This document shows positions 46,601-55,055 of a stretch of DNA of 64,000 nt, one piece after another. The notes below the pieces were generated by a model, which ran no database searches, was not told the origin of the DNA, and saw nothing but the letters and a program-made list of their open reading frames with translations. The stretch is taken from the IMG/VR virus record IMGVR_UViG_3300028588_000820; one strand, given 5' to 3'. The DNA is from a virus. Both the position numbers and the translations under genes were made by a program. Within the stretch, counting starts at the first letter, position 1. Each line of letters opens with the position of its first letter.

Positions 46601-47366
46601 TGGTGGTATCGTAAATACTATCCTACGCAGCCTCGTGAAGGGTGTTCAGTTCATGGGCACGGCGCTTATGAAGGGTGCTATTAAGGTCGGTTCCGATTTG
46701 ATCGAAGGCATGATCAATTTGATTCCTGATTGGGCTGGTGGCAAATCTGCTCGTGAAGGCTTTGCTAAGTTGAAAGCTGAATCAGCAAATGGTGGATTGA
46801 TTGGCTTCGCATCGACTGATACGAAGTTCTCCGACACTGATACGCCAGAAGAAGCTAAGAAGCGTAAGGAACGTGAAGCTAAGAAAGCAGCACGTGATAA
46901 GAAGAGCAAGAGTGATCAGCATGAAGAAGATCGCAACGGCAATTCAACTGTTCAAGGTACAGCACCAACACCTGCTACTGACAATCTTGGATTGGTCAAC
47001 CAGCATGGCGAAGCTCTGACTCGCGACCAATTGGCTGCTCAAGGCGTTCAGGCGTCTCCTGCTTCATCAGGAACTCCTTCAGTTGATAATCCATCTGGTG
47101 CACCGCAAGCGGCCCCAGGCGGCGCTTCAGGCGGAAGCGGTAGTTCACCTACTCCAAGCCAGCCTACCAAGACTGCTGAAGAAACTTTGTTGGGTAGCAT
47201 CCTGACAAAAGTGACCGAGTTGGTGGAAATCACAGATAAGAACTACAAGCTAGCGCAAGAAGATTTCAAACTGACTTCAACCCGCCAGCGCTTAGGCACA
47301 ACCCCACAAATGGGCACTGATGGTTATGCCCCATCGTTATCTACCTTCCTAAACATGCCGATGTAA
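43611..47366 (+). CDS. Tape measure protein
   Basis: 1251 aa, helical and Ala/Gly-rich with TM-like segments and 'AVPFLGVAVAAIEG'; AATAAATA at 43567-43574; near the gp26-like gene. Confidence 0.75.
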   Translation: MASSDRTPDMSRVISDLSKAINQLVAKMDNLGGSGRPGSSTGGGRAKPKDQVDTKEAQKNFKNLSNTARDVEKEINALRRGFSNTTKTLRDLYEAQDDATRGMIKSGDLSKKAQKDLIESINNSIRHYSFMGQSMANAGKKAEFLEEKLEETGKFLGQYGEILKEIGEQSLSSITDNDKLRKALQKLNKEMVLSDEVQEMIRKNEFTRAARTLDDEARNANIIRTSIRRTSTSFGGLQRVTDGLRDGVEKATLAIRSGITHEAATLAGSMAVIVTGAKEAYKQYWETASAGFGGAFVQLSMTAINLGISLQSLTNITQANMKLVGKMGLRGFTDSLKESQQQLMQLGLTTEQAAKARAEMNQVAFLTGVDMRDKAALSKATNAQIADYEHLRAVTGESIEALAAQTKAILMDNDSTKIMSSLNKAQRVQMVQSINMERKRLVTMGLTNEAAINVIKTFQQIQNSKVADRLDASAGAMAAASAVGMDPAKAAKAASILQRGRAAMKDPENAKFMADFSRELTSKTDALAGKGDLNSQILGEYADEASQALTGMKDSMREANLDRGMTPGEVEANKAIGRVPAEIASVSAKIESVGQILQSPLTKILVGVLGIGYLLAKNFAKLGKKKDRDDDDGPDKKNKTSGTDADGDKKPGKKGNGKVGARPGSVVQDPDRFSSQMGQVAKKHGWTPKQQYQEAGLPGHQQITRQIQADKAFKERRKAGLENSTSIGSQTLQQKIEENRKKVQARIERDNALQGPPAPPRARTLADRIDDARERTGRRTQGALHRVREASSQRRQQMVDSVNGFGDRITRRAMESAPGRTVGALGRAGSATVGAVAGGARSAAGAVAGGASRAMGGIMSLGAKAVPFLGVAVAAIEGLKGAMDGVNRAAEIFGVDTKKTALTSAQKISAGIAGALNTLSFGLIPTDGTARLLNDVATDGVQIITDYAEGAVEWIVNNGIPALYDAFKSVMGWIGGAITDALSPSTWIAAFTGEGGDGGIVNTILRSLVKGVQFMGTALMKGAIKVGSDLIEGMINLIPDWAGGKSAREGFAKLKAESANGGLIGFASTDTKFSDTDTPEEAKKRKEREAKKAARDKKSKSDQHEEDRNGNSTVQGTAPTPATDNLGLVNQHGEALTRDQLAAQGVQASPASSGTPSVDNPSGAPQAAPGGASGGSGSSPTPSQPTKTAEETLLGSILTKVTELVEITDKNYKLAQEDFKLTSTRQRLGTTPQMGTDGYAPSLSTFLNMPM

Positions 47367-47422
47367 TGTCGGCATTTTTGAGCTGATAAATAAATCCATA
47401 TAACAAATACATAGGGAGACAC

Positions 47423-49072
47423 ATGGGACAGTGGACTCAGTACTACAAAATTATTAAGCCAGCTCCTCCAAAGGATGCATATGTCGCTCGCGATTCGTAT
47501 GATGCGAATAACGAAGCGACCATTGCAAACTTCAGCTGGTACACCCAAGTGATGAAGGGTGCTGGTACGCGTATGACTCGCTATAACCAGTACAACATGA
47601 TGGATGCTGACGTTGACATCTCTCGCGCATTGGATACCATTGCGGAAGAAATTTCGACTAAGGACGATCAAACCGAACTTCCATTCAACATTCACTATCA
47701 AAACGACGACAACAAGGAAGTTAAAGAGTCGATCGTCATGACCGTGAAGGCTGCACTACGCCACTGGGCTGACGTACAAGACTTGGAGAACCGAATCTTC
47801 CGTACGGCACGTTATGCGATTAAGTTCGGCGACTGCTTCTTCCGTAAGTTCTCCGACCACAAGAAATGGGTGTTCGTTGAGCCAACCGAAGTGATTGGTA
47901 TCGAGATGGACAACAAAGGCGAAATCGTGGCTTACCACCTTCGCAAGAACGATAACAAGAAGGGCTCTTACGACGAGGTCGAAGTCATTCCAAAAGAAGG
48001 TATCGTTCACTTTACTTTGTCCGACGATATGGGTGAATCTGCTCCATTCGGTGAATCAGTTCTACAGAGCGTGACCAAAGCTTTCAAACAGCTAGGTCTG
48101 TTGGAAGACTCGATCGTTATCTACCGTGTGGTTCGTGCACCGGAACGTCGTGTGTTCTACATCGATACTGGTAACATGCCTGCTCACAAGGTGAAGCAGT
48201 ACCTAGAGAGCGTGAAGAACGAAGTTCGTCAGAAGCGTATCCCGAATGGACAAGATGGACAAGATTCGATTGACTCAGTCTATAACCCAATTTCGGCAGC
48301 TGAAGATTACTTCTTCTCGACGTCAGCAAATGGTCGTGGTTCACGTGTTGAAACCCTACCAGGCGGCGATCAGCTAGGTGAGAACGGTGACTTGCTATAC
48401 TTCCAAGAGAAAGTGTTCCGCGGTCTACGTGTTCCAACCTCGTACATGAAGGGTGCTGATGCCCAAGGTGCACAGGTCAATGACGGTAAAGTCGGTATCG
48501 CTTACATCGAAGAATTGCGCTTCGCAAACTTCGTTAAGCGTCTGCAAAACAAGTTGGAGAAGGTGTTCGATCATGAGTTCAAAGTTTACTTAGAACATTC
48601 AAACATCAAAGTTGATCCAAATCTGTTTAAGCTGAAACTACCTGATCCACAGAACTTCGCGCTATATCGTCAGGCTTCACTTAACGCTGACCTTGTTGCT
48701 ACGTTCAACTCGATCCAAGAAGTACCATTCATTTCCAAACGTGTTGCTCTACGTGACTACCTAGGATGGGATGAAGACAAGATTCAGACTAACGAAGCGT
48801 TGCTACGTCAAGAACGTAAAGTGCCTGAAACTGCAGAGTTTGAAGACATCACTGACCTACAAATGTTCTACGATCCAGCATTCTACGAAAACCGCGAGCC
48901 GGTGAAGTATGAAGCACCGGAAGAAGGTGAAGGAGATATGGACATGGAAGGTGAGGAAGGTGAAGAGGACACCGGTTCAGACGACGGTGGTCTACCAGAC
49001 GACAGCGTTGAAACTGATGCTCCAGAGGAAGAACCAGCTCCACCATCTGGTAAAGCTGCAGCAGAAAGCTAA
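47423..49072 (+). CDS. gp20: Portal protein
   Basis: 'LLEDSIVIYRVVRAPERRVFYIDTGNMP', 'EDYFF...RGSRVETLPGG' and 'LRVP.SY'. Confidence 0.95.
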   Translation: MGQWTQYYKIIKPAPPKDAYVARDSYDANNEATIANFSWYTQVMKGAGTRMTRYNQYNMMDADVDISRALDTIAEEISTKDDQTELPFNIHYQNDDNKEVKESIVMTVKAALRHWADVQDLENRIFRTARYAIKFGDCFFRKFSDHKKWVFVEPTEVIGIEMDNKGEIVAYHLRKNDNKKGSYDEVEVIPKEGIVHFTLSDDMGESAPFGESVLQSVTKAFKQLGLLEDSIVIYRVVRAPERRVFYIDTGNMPAHKVKQYLESVKNEVRQKRIPNGQDGQDSIDSVYNPISAAEDYFFSTSANGRGSRVETLPGGDQLGENGDLLYFQEKVFRGLRVPTSYMKGADAQGAQVNDGKVGIAYIEELRFANFVKRLQNKLEKVFDHEFKVYLEHSNIKVDPNLFKLKLPDPQNFALYRQASLNADLVATFNSIQEVPFISKRVALRDYLGWDEDKIQTNEALLRQERKVPETAEFEDITDLQMFYDPAFYENREPVKYEAPEEGEGDMDMEGEEGEEDTGSDDGGLPDDSVETDAPEEEPAPPSGKAAAES

Positions 49073-49085
49073 AAATAAAGAAAAA

Positions 49086-49119
49086 AGTTCGGTACTGAAA
49101 TAAATATCAGTACCGAACT
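49086..49119 (+). promoter_or_regulatory. Late promoter forming the loop of a perfect 13-bp inverted repeat
   Basis: AGTTCGGTACTGA-AATAAATA-TCAGTACCGAACT. Confidence 0.7.
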
Positions 49120-49141
49120 ATAACTCAAAAGGACATATCAC

Positions 49142-49768
49142 ATGAGCCAACTCGTACTAATCGAAAATCTAGCGCCAAATCAGGCTAAGATCATCGAAGA
49201 AAGCACCAGCGATGGTAAGAACCATTACCTCAATGGCATCTTCATGCAAGCTGAACTACAGAACGGCAACGGCCGTATCTATCCTCTAAACGAGATCGCT
49301 GCCGCTGTTGACTATGCGCAGAAGCGTATCACCGAAGGTCACTTCATTGCTGGTGAACTAAATCACCCGAACGATCTTCAAATCAACCTTGAGCGTGTCT
49401 CACACGTCATCACCGAAATCCGCATGGACGGCAACAACGCTGTCGGCAAAATGAAGCTACTAAACACCCCAATGGGTGTGCTCGCTAAGAACCTACTCGA
49501 CGGTGGTCTAAAGCTAGGCGTGTCATCACGCGGTAGTGGTTCAGTGACCGAAGGCAAAGTGAACGGCTTCAACTTCCTAACCGTTGACATCGTCGCTACC
49601 CCATCAGCACCAGACGCTTACCCAGAATCAATCCGCGAAAGCCTCGAAATGGCAAAGAACGGCAAGGAACTAAAAACCCTAGCTGAAGCTGTCATTCACG
49701 ATCAAGCTGCTCAGAAATACCTAACAAAAGAAATCGCTGCGTTCATCGCCGCACTAACCGGTCGTTAA
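49142..49768 (+). CDS. gp21: Prohead protease
   Basis: 'NGNGRIYP', 'GELNHP', 'GVSSRGSGS' and 'VDIVATPSAPDAY'. Confidence 0.95.
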   Translation: MSQLVLIENLAPNQAKIIEESTSDGKNHYLNGIFMQAELQNGNGRIYPLNEIAAAVDYAQKRITEGHFIAGELNHPNDLQINLERVSHVITEIRMDGNNAVGKMKLLNTPMGVLAKNLLDGGLKLGVSSRGSGSVTEGKVNGFNFLTVDIVATPSAPDAYPESIRESLEMAKNGKELKTLAEAVIHDQAAQKYLTKEIAAFIAALTGR

Positions 49769-49770
49769 TC

Positions 49771-50043
49771 ATGAACCTAAATCGTATGTGCCAACTAGCT
49801 GGCATCCCCCTAGTCGAATCAACCGCAACCAAAGTCAACGAACTAAACGGCTTCAAAGTTGGCGATCGTGTTTCAGTGCAAGACGTTGAATCGAAGCCGC
49901 CAGTCACATTTGAAGGCGAGATCAAAACCCTTTGGAGCGATGCTTACGCCCACATTCAGTTTGGCGCTACCAATCCTAAGTTTGATCAGAACGTTCAGGA
50001 CAACGGTCGCGTTCCACTGCAAAAGTGCTCCAAAGTAAAATAA
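49771..50043 (+). CDS. Small head-associated protein
   Basis: N-terminus 'LNRMCQLAGIPLVES', then an SH3/KOW-like 'FKVGDRV'. Confidence 0.65.
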   Translation: MNLNRMCQLAGIPLVESTATKVNELNGFKVGDRVSVQDVESKPPVTFEGEIKTLWSDAYAHIQFGATNPKFDQNVQDNGRVPLQKCSKVK

Positions 50044-50058
50044 TTTAAGGAACTGAAA

Positions 50059-50628
50059 ATGAAGATGCCAGGAAAAGTAAGAAGCATGATCGACGAAATG
50101 GAGGGCTTGTCCTCATCAGACAAAGCTAAGCTCGTGCGTCACCTAAACGACATGGCGGATTCTCTTCCTGAGCATCCGACTCCAGCTGAAGCTAAACGTA
50201 TCGTCAATGGTGCGTTGAAGTCCTTGAAGATCGTCGTCGGCAAAGACGACGAACCAAAGAAGGAAGAGCCGAAGAAGGAAAAGAAGGAAGAACCTAAAGA
50301 GGAACCTAAGAAGGAAAAGAAGGAAGCAGTGAAAGAGTCAGCTGCTCCACGCAAGCTCACCTTCAAAGCATTCCTATCAGAAGCAGGAACTATCGAGTAC
50401 AGAATCGAAGATTCCGATGTAGAAAATTACGATGATGCTATTCAGTTTGATTTGAAGATGGCAAAGATGCCTTCTGCATTGGCTGCTAAAATCAAAGCGT
50501 TGAACATCGACGAAGACTATTTCAGCGAAGATGGATTCACTATCATCACACTCCATAACAAGGATAAAGAAAAGTTGAAAAAACTTTTTGATAGCTTGGG
50601 CTATGTCGAAGTGAAAAAATTCTCGTGA
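50059..50628 (+). CDS. Head-associated protein with KEEPK linker
   Basis: AAGGAA RBS, K/E/P repeat linker, internal 'LTFKAFLSEA'. Confidence 0.65.
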   Translation: MKMPGKVRSMIDEMEGLSSSDKAKLVRHLNDMADSLPEHPTPAEAKRIVNGALKSLKIVVGKDDEPKKEEPKKEKKEEPKEEPKKEKKEAVKESAAPRKLTFKAFLSEAGTIEYRIEDSDVENYDDAIQFDLKMAKMPSALAAKIKALNIDEDYFSEDGFTIITLHNKDKEKLKKLFDSLGYVEVKKFS

Positions 50629-50652
50629 TAACAATAGTGCGTTTTTTCGCAC

Positions 50653-50995
50653 TATAAATATCATTACACAAACACTATAACAAATAGGAGTCATCAAGAT
50701 GGACAAGAAAGAATACCTCAAGTCAATGCTAACCAACATGGTTCACGACCGCGACGAAGAAGCAACTGTGGACTTCCACCAGTATCTCCAAGTGAAGATG
50801 CGTGAAATCGTTACTCCAGCTACCGCTGCTCCAACTGCTAAAGTTGATGAGTCGAACAAAGCCGTCACCGAGTAAAAAATGTCAGGAGAATTTTCAGATT
50901 CTCTATAAATATTTAACAACAACGGTTCCATGATTGTTGTTAATGTGTGAGGTGCCAGAAAAATCCACAAGAAATTTTCCGCACCTCTATAAATA
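50653..50995 (+). promoter_or_regulatory. Three perfect late promoters (TATAAATA at 50653, 50904, 50988) upstream of core/scaffold/capsid genes
   Basis: Exact T4 late consensus; each copy is directly preceded by an inverted repeat. Confidence 0.8.
50699..50875 (+). CDS. Small prohead core protein (gp67-like position), 58 aa, absent from the ORF track
   Basis: AGGAG RBS, TATAAATA 50653-50660; reads MDKKEYLKSMLTNMVHDRDEEATVDFHQYLQVKMREIV... Confidence 0.7.
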   Translation: MDKKEYLKSMLTNMVHDRDEEATVDFHQYLQVKMREIVTPATAAPTAKVDESNKAVTE

Positions 50996-51032
50996 ATCAT
51001 GTCGAATCATATAAGAAAAAGGAGACACTTTT

Positions 51033-51917
51033 ATGGAAGAAATTCTAAACAAACTGTTGGAATCTGAACTCCTTAGCGAAGACACTAAAGCTCAAATCAC
51101 TGAACAGTTCCAAGCTGGCGTTCAAGCGATGCGTGAAGAACTTGCTTTGGAAGTCCGTGCTGAGCTAGTTGAACAGTACACCAAAGATCGTGAAGCTCTA
51201 GTTGAAAGCATCGATGAAAAACTCGAAGCTTTGCTAAAGGAAGAAATGGCTGAATTCTCAGACGACGTCGCAGCTTTCCGCGATCTAGAAGTCGAAATGG
51301 CAGCTAAGCTAGTTGAAGAAAAGAAAGCTCTAGCTGAAAAGCTAGGCGAAGAACTAGATCAGATCGTTGACAAGCTAGACACCTTCCTCGAGTACCGTAT
51401 CGAAGAAGAAATGTCAGAATTCAAGGATGACCTTGAAGTTGTCAAAGAAAATCAGTTTGGTCGTAAGATTTTCGAATCCTTCATGTCCGAATTCAACAAG
51501 TCATTCGTTGACGAAGACTCACTCTTCAAGAAGATTTCAGTTCTAGAAGACAAGCTTTCAGATGCAGAAACCCGTCTATTCGAATCAGAACAGGCTGAAA
51601 AGAAAGCAAACCGCGTTAAGAAACTAGATGAAGTTCTAGCACCTCTATCAGGTGTCAAGCGCGAACAAATGGCTCTGATTCTACAAAATGTAGAAACCAG
51701 CAAGCTACAAGAAGCGTACAACCGTTTCGTCGGCCGTATTCTTAAAGAAGACGTCCAAGAGAAAAACACCTTGACCGAGTCAAAAGAGACCGCCAACGTC
51801 GTTAAGACTGGTGACACTCTCGAGGAAGGTACTAAGGAAGTTAAAGCAGAACCAGTCGCAAAACAGGGTCTAGCTACAATCAGAATGCTTAGCCTCGCCG
51901 GTGTTAAAGCACAATAA
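51033..51917 (+). CDS. gp22: Prohead scaffold/core protein
   Basis: Acidic coiled coil, 'FGRKIFESF', many L/I-x-E-S sites, directly before the capsid gene. Confidence 0.85.
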   Translation: MEEILNKLLESELLSEDTKAQITEQFQAGVQAMREELALEVRAELVEQYTKDREALVESIDEKLEALLKEEMAEFSDDVAAFRDLEVEMAAKLVEEKKALAEKLGEELDQIVDKLDTFLEYRIEEEMSEFKDDLEVVKENQFGRKIFESFMSEFNKSFVDEDSLFKKISVLEDKLSDAETRLFESEQAEKKANRVKKLDEVLAPLSGVKREQMALILQNVETSKLQEAYNRFVGRILKEDVQEKNTLTESKETANVVKTGDTLEEGTKEVKAEPVAKQGLATIRMLSLAGVKAQ

Positions 51918-51946
51918 CTTATAAAGTTAAAATAGGAGTTAATTAA

Positions 51947-53152
51947 ATGGAACTTTTCGAAAATTGGTCAGAAACTAAACAAGCACTTCTTGGTGGCTTG
52001 TCAGAGCAGAAGAAAGCAATCGTTGCTCCTCTGCTAGAGAACCAAAAGCAGCACCTAATTGAATCCGCAGCTGCTGGCGTTACCGCCGCTGGTGCGATCA
52101 GCAACTTCCAGAAGATCGTCATTCCGATGATCCGTCGTATCATCCCAGGTACCATCGCTTCCGAACTAGTCGGCGTTCAGCCAATGTCCGGTCCAGTGGG
52201 TCTAGCGTACTCCCTACGCTTCCTATTCTCGCAAGGTCTAGCAACCGGCGACACCCACACCGATATCGCTGCTGGTACTGAACTATTCGCAAACAACAGC
52301 AAGACCAAGCGTTTCTACTCCGGTGGTACCGCTGACGTCGGTGGTGTTGAGACCGCAACCGGTCTAGCAGGTTCAACCTCAGAATTCGAAGCTTTCGGTG
52401 GCCGTCAGCTACAACTAGAAGTCTTGAAGCAAACTGTGACCGCTGGCTCACGTAAGCTACAAGCTAAGTGGTCAGTCGAAGCAATGCAAGACCTAAGCTC
52501 ACAGCACGGTCTTGATCTAGAAGCAGAAATCACCTCAGCTCTATCAGCAGAAATCGTGTCGGAAATCGACAACGAAATCCTAAATGACCTACGTCTACTA
52601 GCTGGTACCGTCGAGACTTTCGACATGGCTTCAACCAGCTTCACTGGTACTCCACACTACGTTGGTGACCGCTTCGCAGTTCTAGGCGTGCTAATCAACA
52701 AAGTGGCAATGGAAATCGCTCGTAAGACCCGTCGTGGTGCTGCAAACTTCATCGTGGTGTCCCCACTAGTTGCTTCAGTCCTACAATCAGCAAGCAAGGC
52801 AGTGTTCGCTCCAGCTGTGCAAGGTTCGTTCGAAGGTCCAAACAACACCAAGCTAATCGGTACCCTAAACGGTTCGATCAAAGTTTACACCTACATCTAC
52901 CACGATCAGGGCACTGAACCAATCGTGATGGGTTACAAAGGTGGCAATGGTGAGATGGATACTGGTTACTTCTACTGCCCATACATCCCATTGATGTCAA
53001 GCAATGTCGTTATCGACCCAACCACTTACAACCCACAAGTCAGCCTAATGACTCGTTACGGTAAAGCGACCTTCGTCGACACCGCAACCAGCCTAGGTAA
53101 CTCAGCTGACTACTACGGTCGTATCAACGTGGCTAACCTATCCTTCATCTAA
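51947..53152 (+). CDS. gp23: Major capsid protein
   Basis: 'LLENQ', 'VGVQPMSGPVG', 'SRKLQAKWSVE..QDL', 'YFYCPYIPL' and 'MTRYG'. Confidence 0.97.
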   Translation: MELFENWSETKQALLGGLSEQKKAIVAPLLENQKQHLIESAAAGVTAAGAISNFQKIVIPMIRRIIPGTIASELVGVQPMSGPVGLAYSLRFLFSQGLATGDTHTDIAAGTELFANNSKTKRFYSGGTADVGGVETATGLAGSTSEFEAFGGRQLQLEVLKQTVTAGSRKLQAKWSVEAMQDLSSQHGLDLEAEITSALSAEIVSEIDNEILNDLRLLAGTVETFDMASTSFTGTPHYVGDRFAVLGVLINKVAMEIARKTRRGAANFIVVSPLVASVLQSASKAVFAPAVQGSFEGPNNTKLIGTLNGSIKVYTYIYHDQGTEPIVMGYKGGNGEMDTGYFYCPYIPLMSSNVVIDPTTYNPQVSLMTRYGKATFVDTATSLGNSADYYGRINVANLSFI

Positions 53153-53177
53153 TCGATAAGGTAGTTAGGTAACAAAT

Positions 53178-53206
53178 AAAAAAGGCTCCCGTTGGGAGCC
53201 TTTTTT
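53178..53206. terminator. Bidirectional terminator after the capsid gene
   Basis: AAAAAAGGCTCCC-GTT-GGGAGCCTTTTTT. Confidence 0.85.
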
Positions 53207-53236
53207 GCATCTACTGCTTTCGTATTATTGCCTGGT

Positions 53237-53416
53237 TCACTCAGACGCCGCCTGGCACCTTAGAATCCCGATTTGGTAGTGTTGTTCATCGCAATCGATT
53301 TCAATGCTCTTACCGCTTTCTGTCTCAATCGTAACGACATTGATTGAAGTGGCATCGATCTTCTTGATCGTCTCGCCGATGAGGAGGTCAAAGCCTCGAA
53401 TTGGTTTGTTCTGCAT
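53237..53416 (-). CDS. Small hypothetical protein (59 aa), absent from the ORF track
   Basis: AGGAA RBS; reads MQNKPIRGFDLLIGETIKKIDATSINVVTIETESGKSIEIDCDEQHYQIGILRCQAASE. Confidence 0.6.
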   Translation of the reverse strand: MQNKPIRGFDLLIGETIKKIDATSINVVTIETESGKSIEIDCDEQHYQIGILRCQAASE

Positions 53417-53495
53417 GGAATGTTCCTATTATTGTGGTGTGAACATTCTAAACAAAAAAGGCTCCTTCGGGAGCCTTTTGCATCTTGACAACGTA

Positions 53496-54356
53496 TTACT
53501 TACTGAACTCGCGATGGTATGCATCAGCGTCTTTGGTCTTAGCCAACTTAAACGCCTTCTTGATTTCGTCAGCCATTTCTTTCTCAGTGACTTCAGTCTT
53601 CAGATTCATCCATGCTTGCGGTGAACGTGGCACGTCGAAGGAACCGAAGTGACGTTTGAACACACCTTCACCAGATGGCATGTAGAAGATTTCCATACGA
53701 TTGCCATGCTTGATGTTGCCACCGCCTTTAGGAGTGTGAAGCACCGCGAGGTGAACGTATTTGCTGGATGCGCTGACCGAAGCCGAAACTTCCCAAGTCT
53801 TCCCATCCAGATCAAACTCGCGCGACACTTTGTCCAAATTCAGTTTGGCAACAGCTTCCTTAGCGATTTTCGGATCGATGTTCTTGAAGTCGAAATCGTC
53901 CTTATGCTTTTTGTTCATCTTTTCGATGAACGCTTCGACGTCATCAACTTCGTGGTAGCCGCTGCTCAAGCCACTGCTGGAGTCGATGTAATATTCACCA
54001 CTGCCGAACTTTTTGTCGGTGTTATACAGCTTAACCGAGCCAGTGATCTTGTCGTAGCGATACTGCACCATCGCATCCTTTGGATCGCCTTTACGGACAT
54101 TGATTTTAGTAATCTTGCCCTTCACCAAGGCGTAGTTGCCGATGGACATACTGTACAGCGTGTAGACATCCTTGCCGACATCTTTCTCGGTGAGCTTTTC
54201 GATGTTGATGCGCTTAATGCGACGTGCATCATCGGCATCATCACTGCAAAGGATGAACGCGTCCTTCTCCACTATCGGAGCAAAGACTTTTGGTGCATCA
54301 TCTTCATCGTCATAACGGGATTCGTTCAACGACAGAAGTTCTTGAATTAGGTTCAT
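53496..54356 (-). CDS. Hypothetical late protein, candidate internal head protein
   Basis: GATAAATA 54384-54391, N-terminus MNLIQELLSLNES, flanked by terminator hairpins. Confidence 0.75.
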   Translation of the reverse strand: MNLIQELLSLNESRYDDEDDAPKVFAPIVEKDAFILCSDDADDARRIKRINIEKLTEKDVGKDVYTLYSMSIGNYALVKGKITKINVRKGDPKDAMVQYRYDKITGSVKLYNTDKKFGSGEYYIDSSSGLSSGYHEVDDVEAFIEKMNKKHKDDFDFKNIDPKIAKEAVAKLNLDKVSREFDLDGKTWEVSASVSASSKYVHLAVLHTPKGGGNIKHGNRMEIFYMPSGEGVFKRHFGSFDVPRSPQAWMNLKTEVTEKEMADEIKKAFKLAKTKDADAYHREFSK

Positions 54357-54436
54357 ATTTTTTCCTATAATATGGGATGCTAGTATTTATCAAATAGTAT
54401 CCCATACAGCAAAAAGACTCCCGAAGGAGCCTTTTG

Positions 54437-54742
54437 CTATTTCATTTCACGTTCCAGCTTTTCTTTCAGTTCGCTAATCAGCACCTTCTGCTCATCAGCG
54501 TTCCAGGTGTTGTACGCGATCAGCAGTGGCGAGAAGTGCTCACCATTGATGTTGATGTTGTCGAAGCCGCCATTGGTCTTCAGGAAGATACTGATCGTTC
54601 CTTCGGCGTTGCCTTCGGAATCATCCAGCAACTCTTCGAGGTCCACCTCCTCGATGTTCTCGAAGGTCAGCAGATTCAGCAGATTGCGATCGCCTTCGAT
54701 GGTGTTGGTGCCGAGACTGATGTTCAGGGTATTCCACTTCAT
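54437..54742 (-). CDS. Hypothetical early protein
   Basis: AAGGA RBS, CTG-type codons. Confidence 0.7.
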   Translation of the reverse strand: MKWNTLNISLGTNTIEGDRNLLNLLTFENIEEVDLEELLDDSEGNAEGTISIFLKTNGGFDNININGEHFSPLLIAYNTWNADEQKVLISELKEKLEREMK

Positions 54743-54757
54743 GTCGTATCCTTTTAG

Positions 54758-54988
54758 TTATGCGAAGAAGTCCGAAGCATCGTGACCAAATGCATAACCG
54801 TTCTTCTTGCACCAGTCGCCCCACAGGCCTGCTTCCTTCATTTGATCCTTGGCATCGTCGTATGCATCAACGACCCGGTACACTGACTGGCAGATAGTCC
54901 GATAGCGTTTGGTCGCGTTCTTCAGCGTGTCGCGCTTGCGATCCATTTTCTTGATCAGCTTCTGCTTTTCGATTTCAGACAGTGCCAT
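54758..54988 (-). CDS. Hypothetical early protein
   Basis: ATG 54988 with AAGGA RBS, downstream of the early promoter at 55023-55051. Confidence 0.7.
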   Translation of the reverse strand: MALSEIEKQKLIKKMDRKRDTLKNATKRYRTICQSVYRVVDAYDDAKDQMKEAGLWGDWCKKNGYAFGHDASDFFA

Positions 54989-55022
54989 ATTATTTTCCTT
55001 CAAGTTCTGTGTCGATAGATTC

Positions 55023-55051
55023 ATTATACACAGAACTTGAAGATGTGTACA
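55023..55051 (-). promoter_or_regulatory. Early promoter TGTACA-N17-TATAAT
   Basis: Spacer CATCTTCAAGTTCTGTG. Confidence 0.75.
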
Positions 55052-55055
55052 TCAA

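Noticed and set aside
50250-50330. AAGGAAGA-rich DNA repeats
   Set aside because: Fully explained by the KEEPKKEK protein linker.
53649-54350. 233-aa + strand ORF and similar antisense ORFs (565-1047, 56242-56976, 59457-60149)
   Set aside because: Each lies opposite a better-supported gene that has an RBS, promoter and appropriate codon usage.
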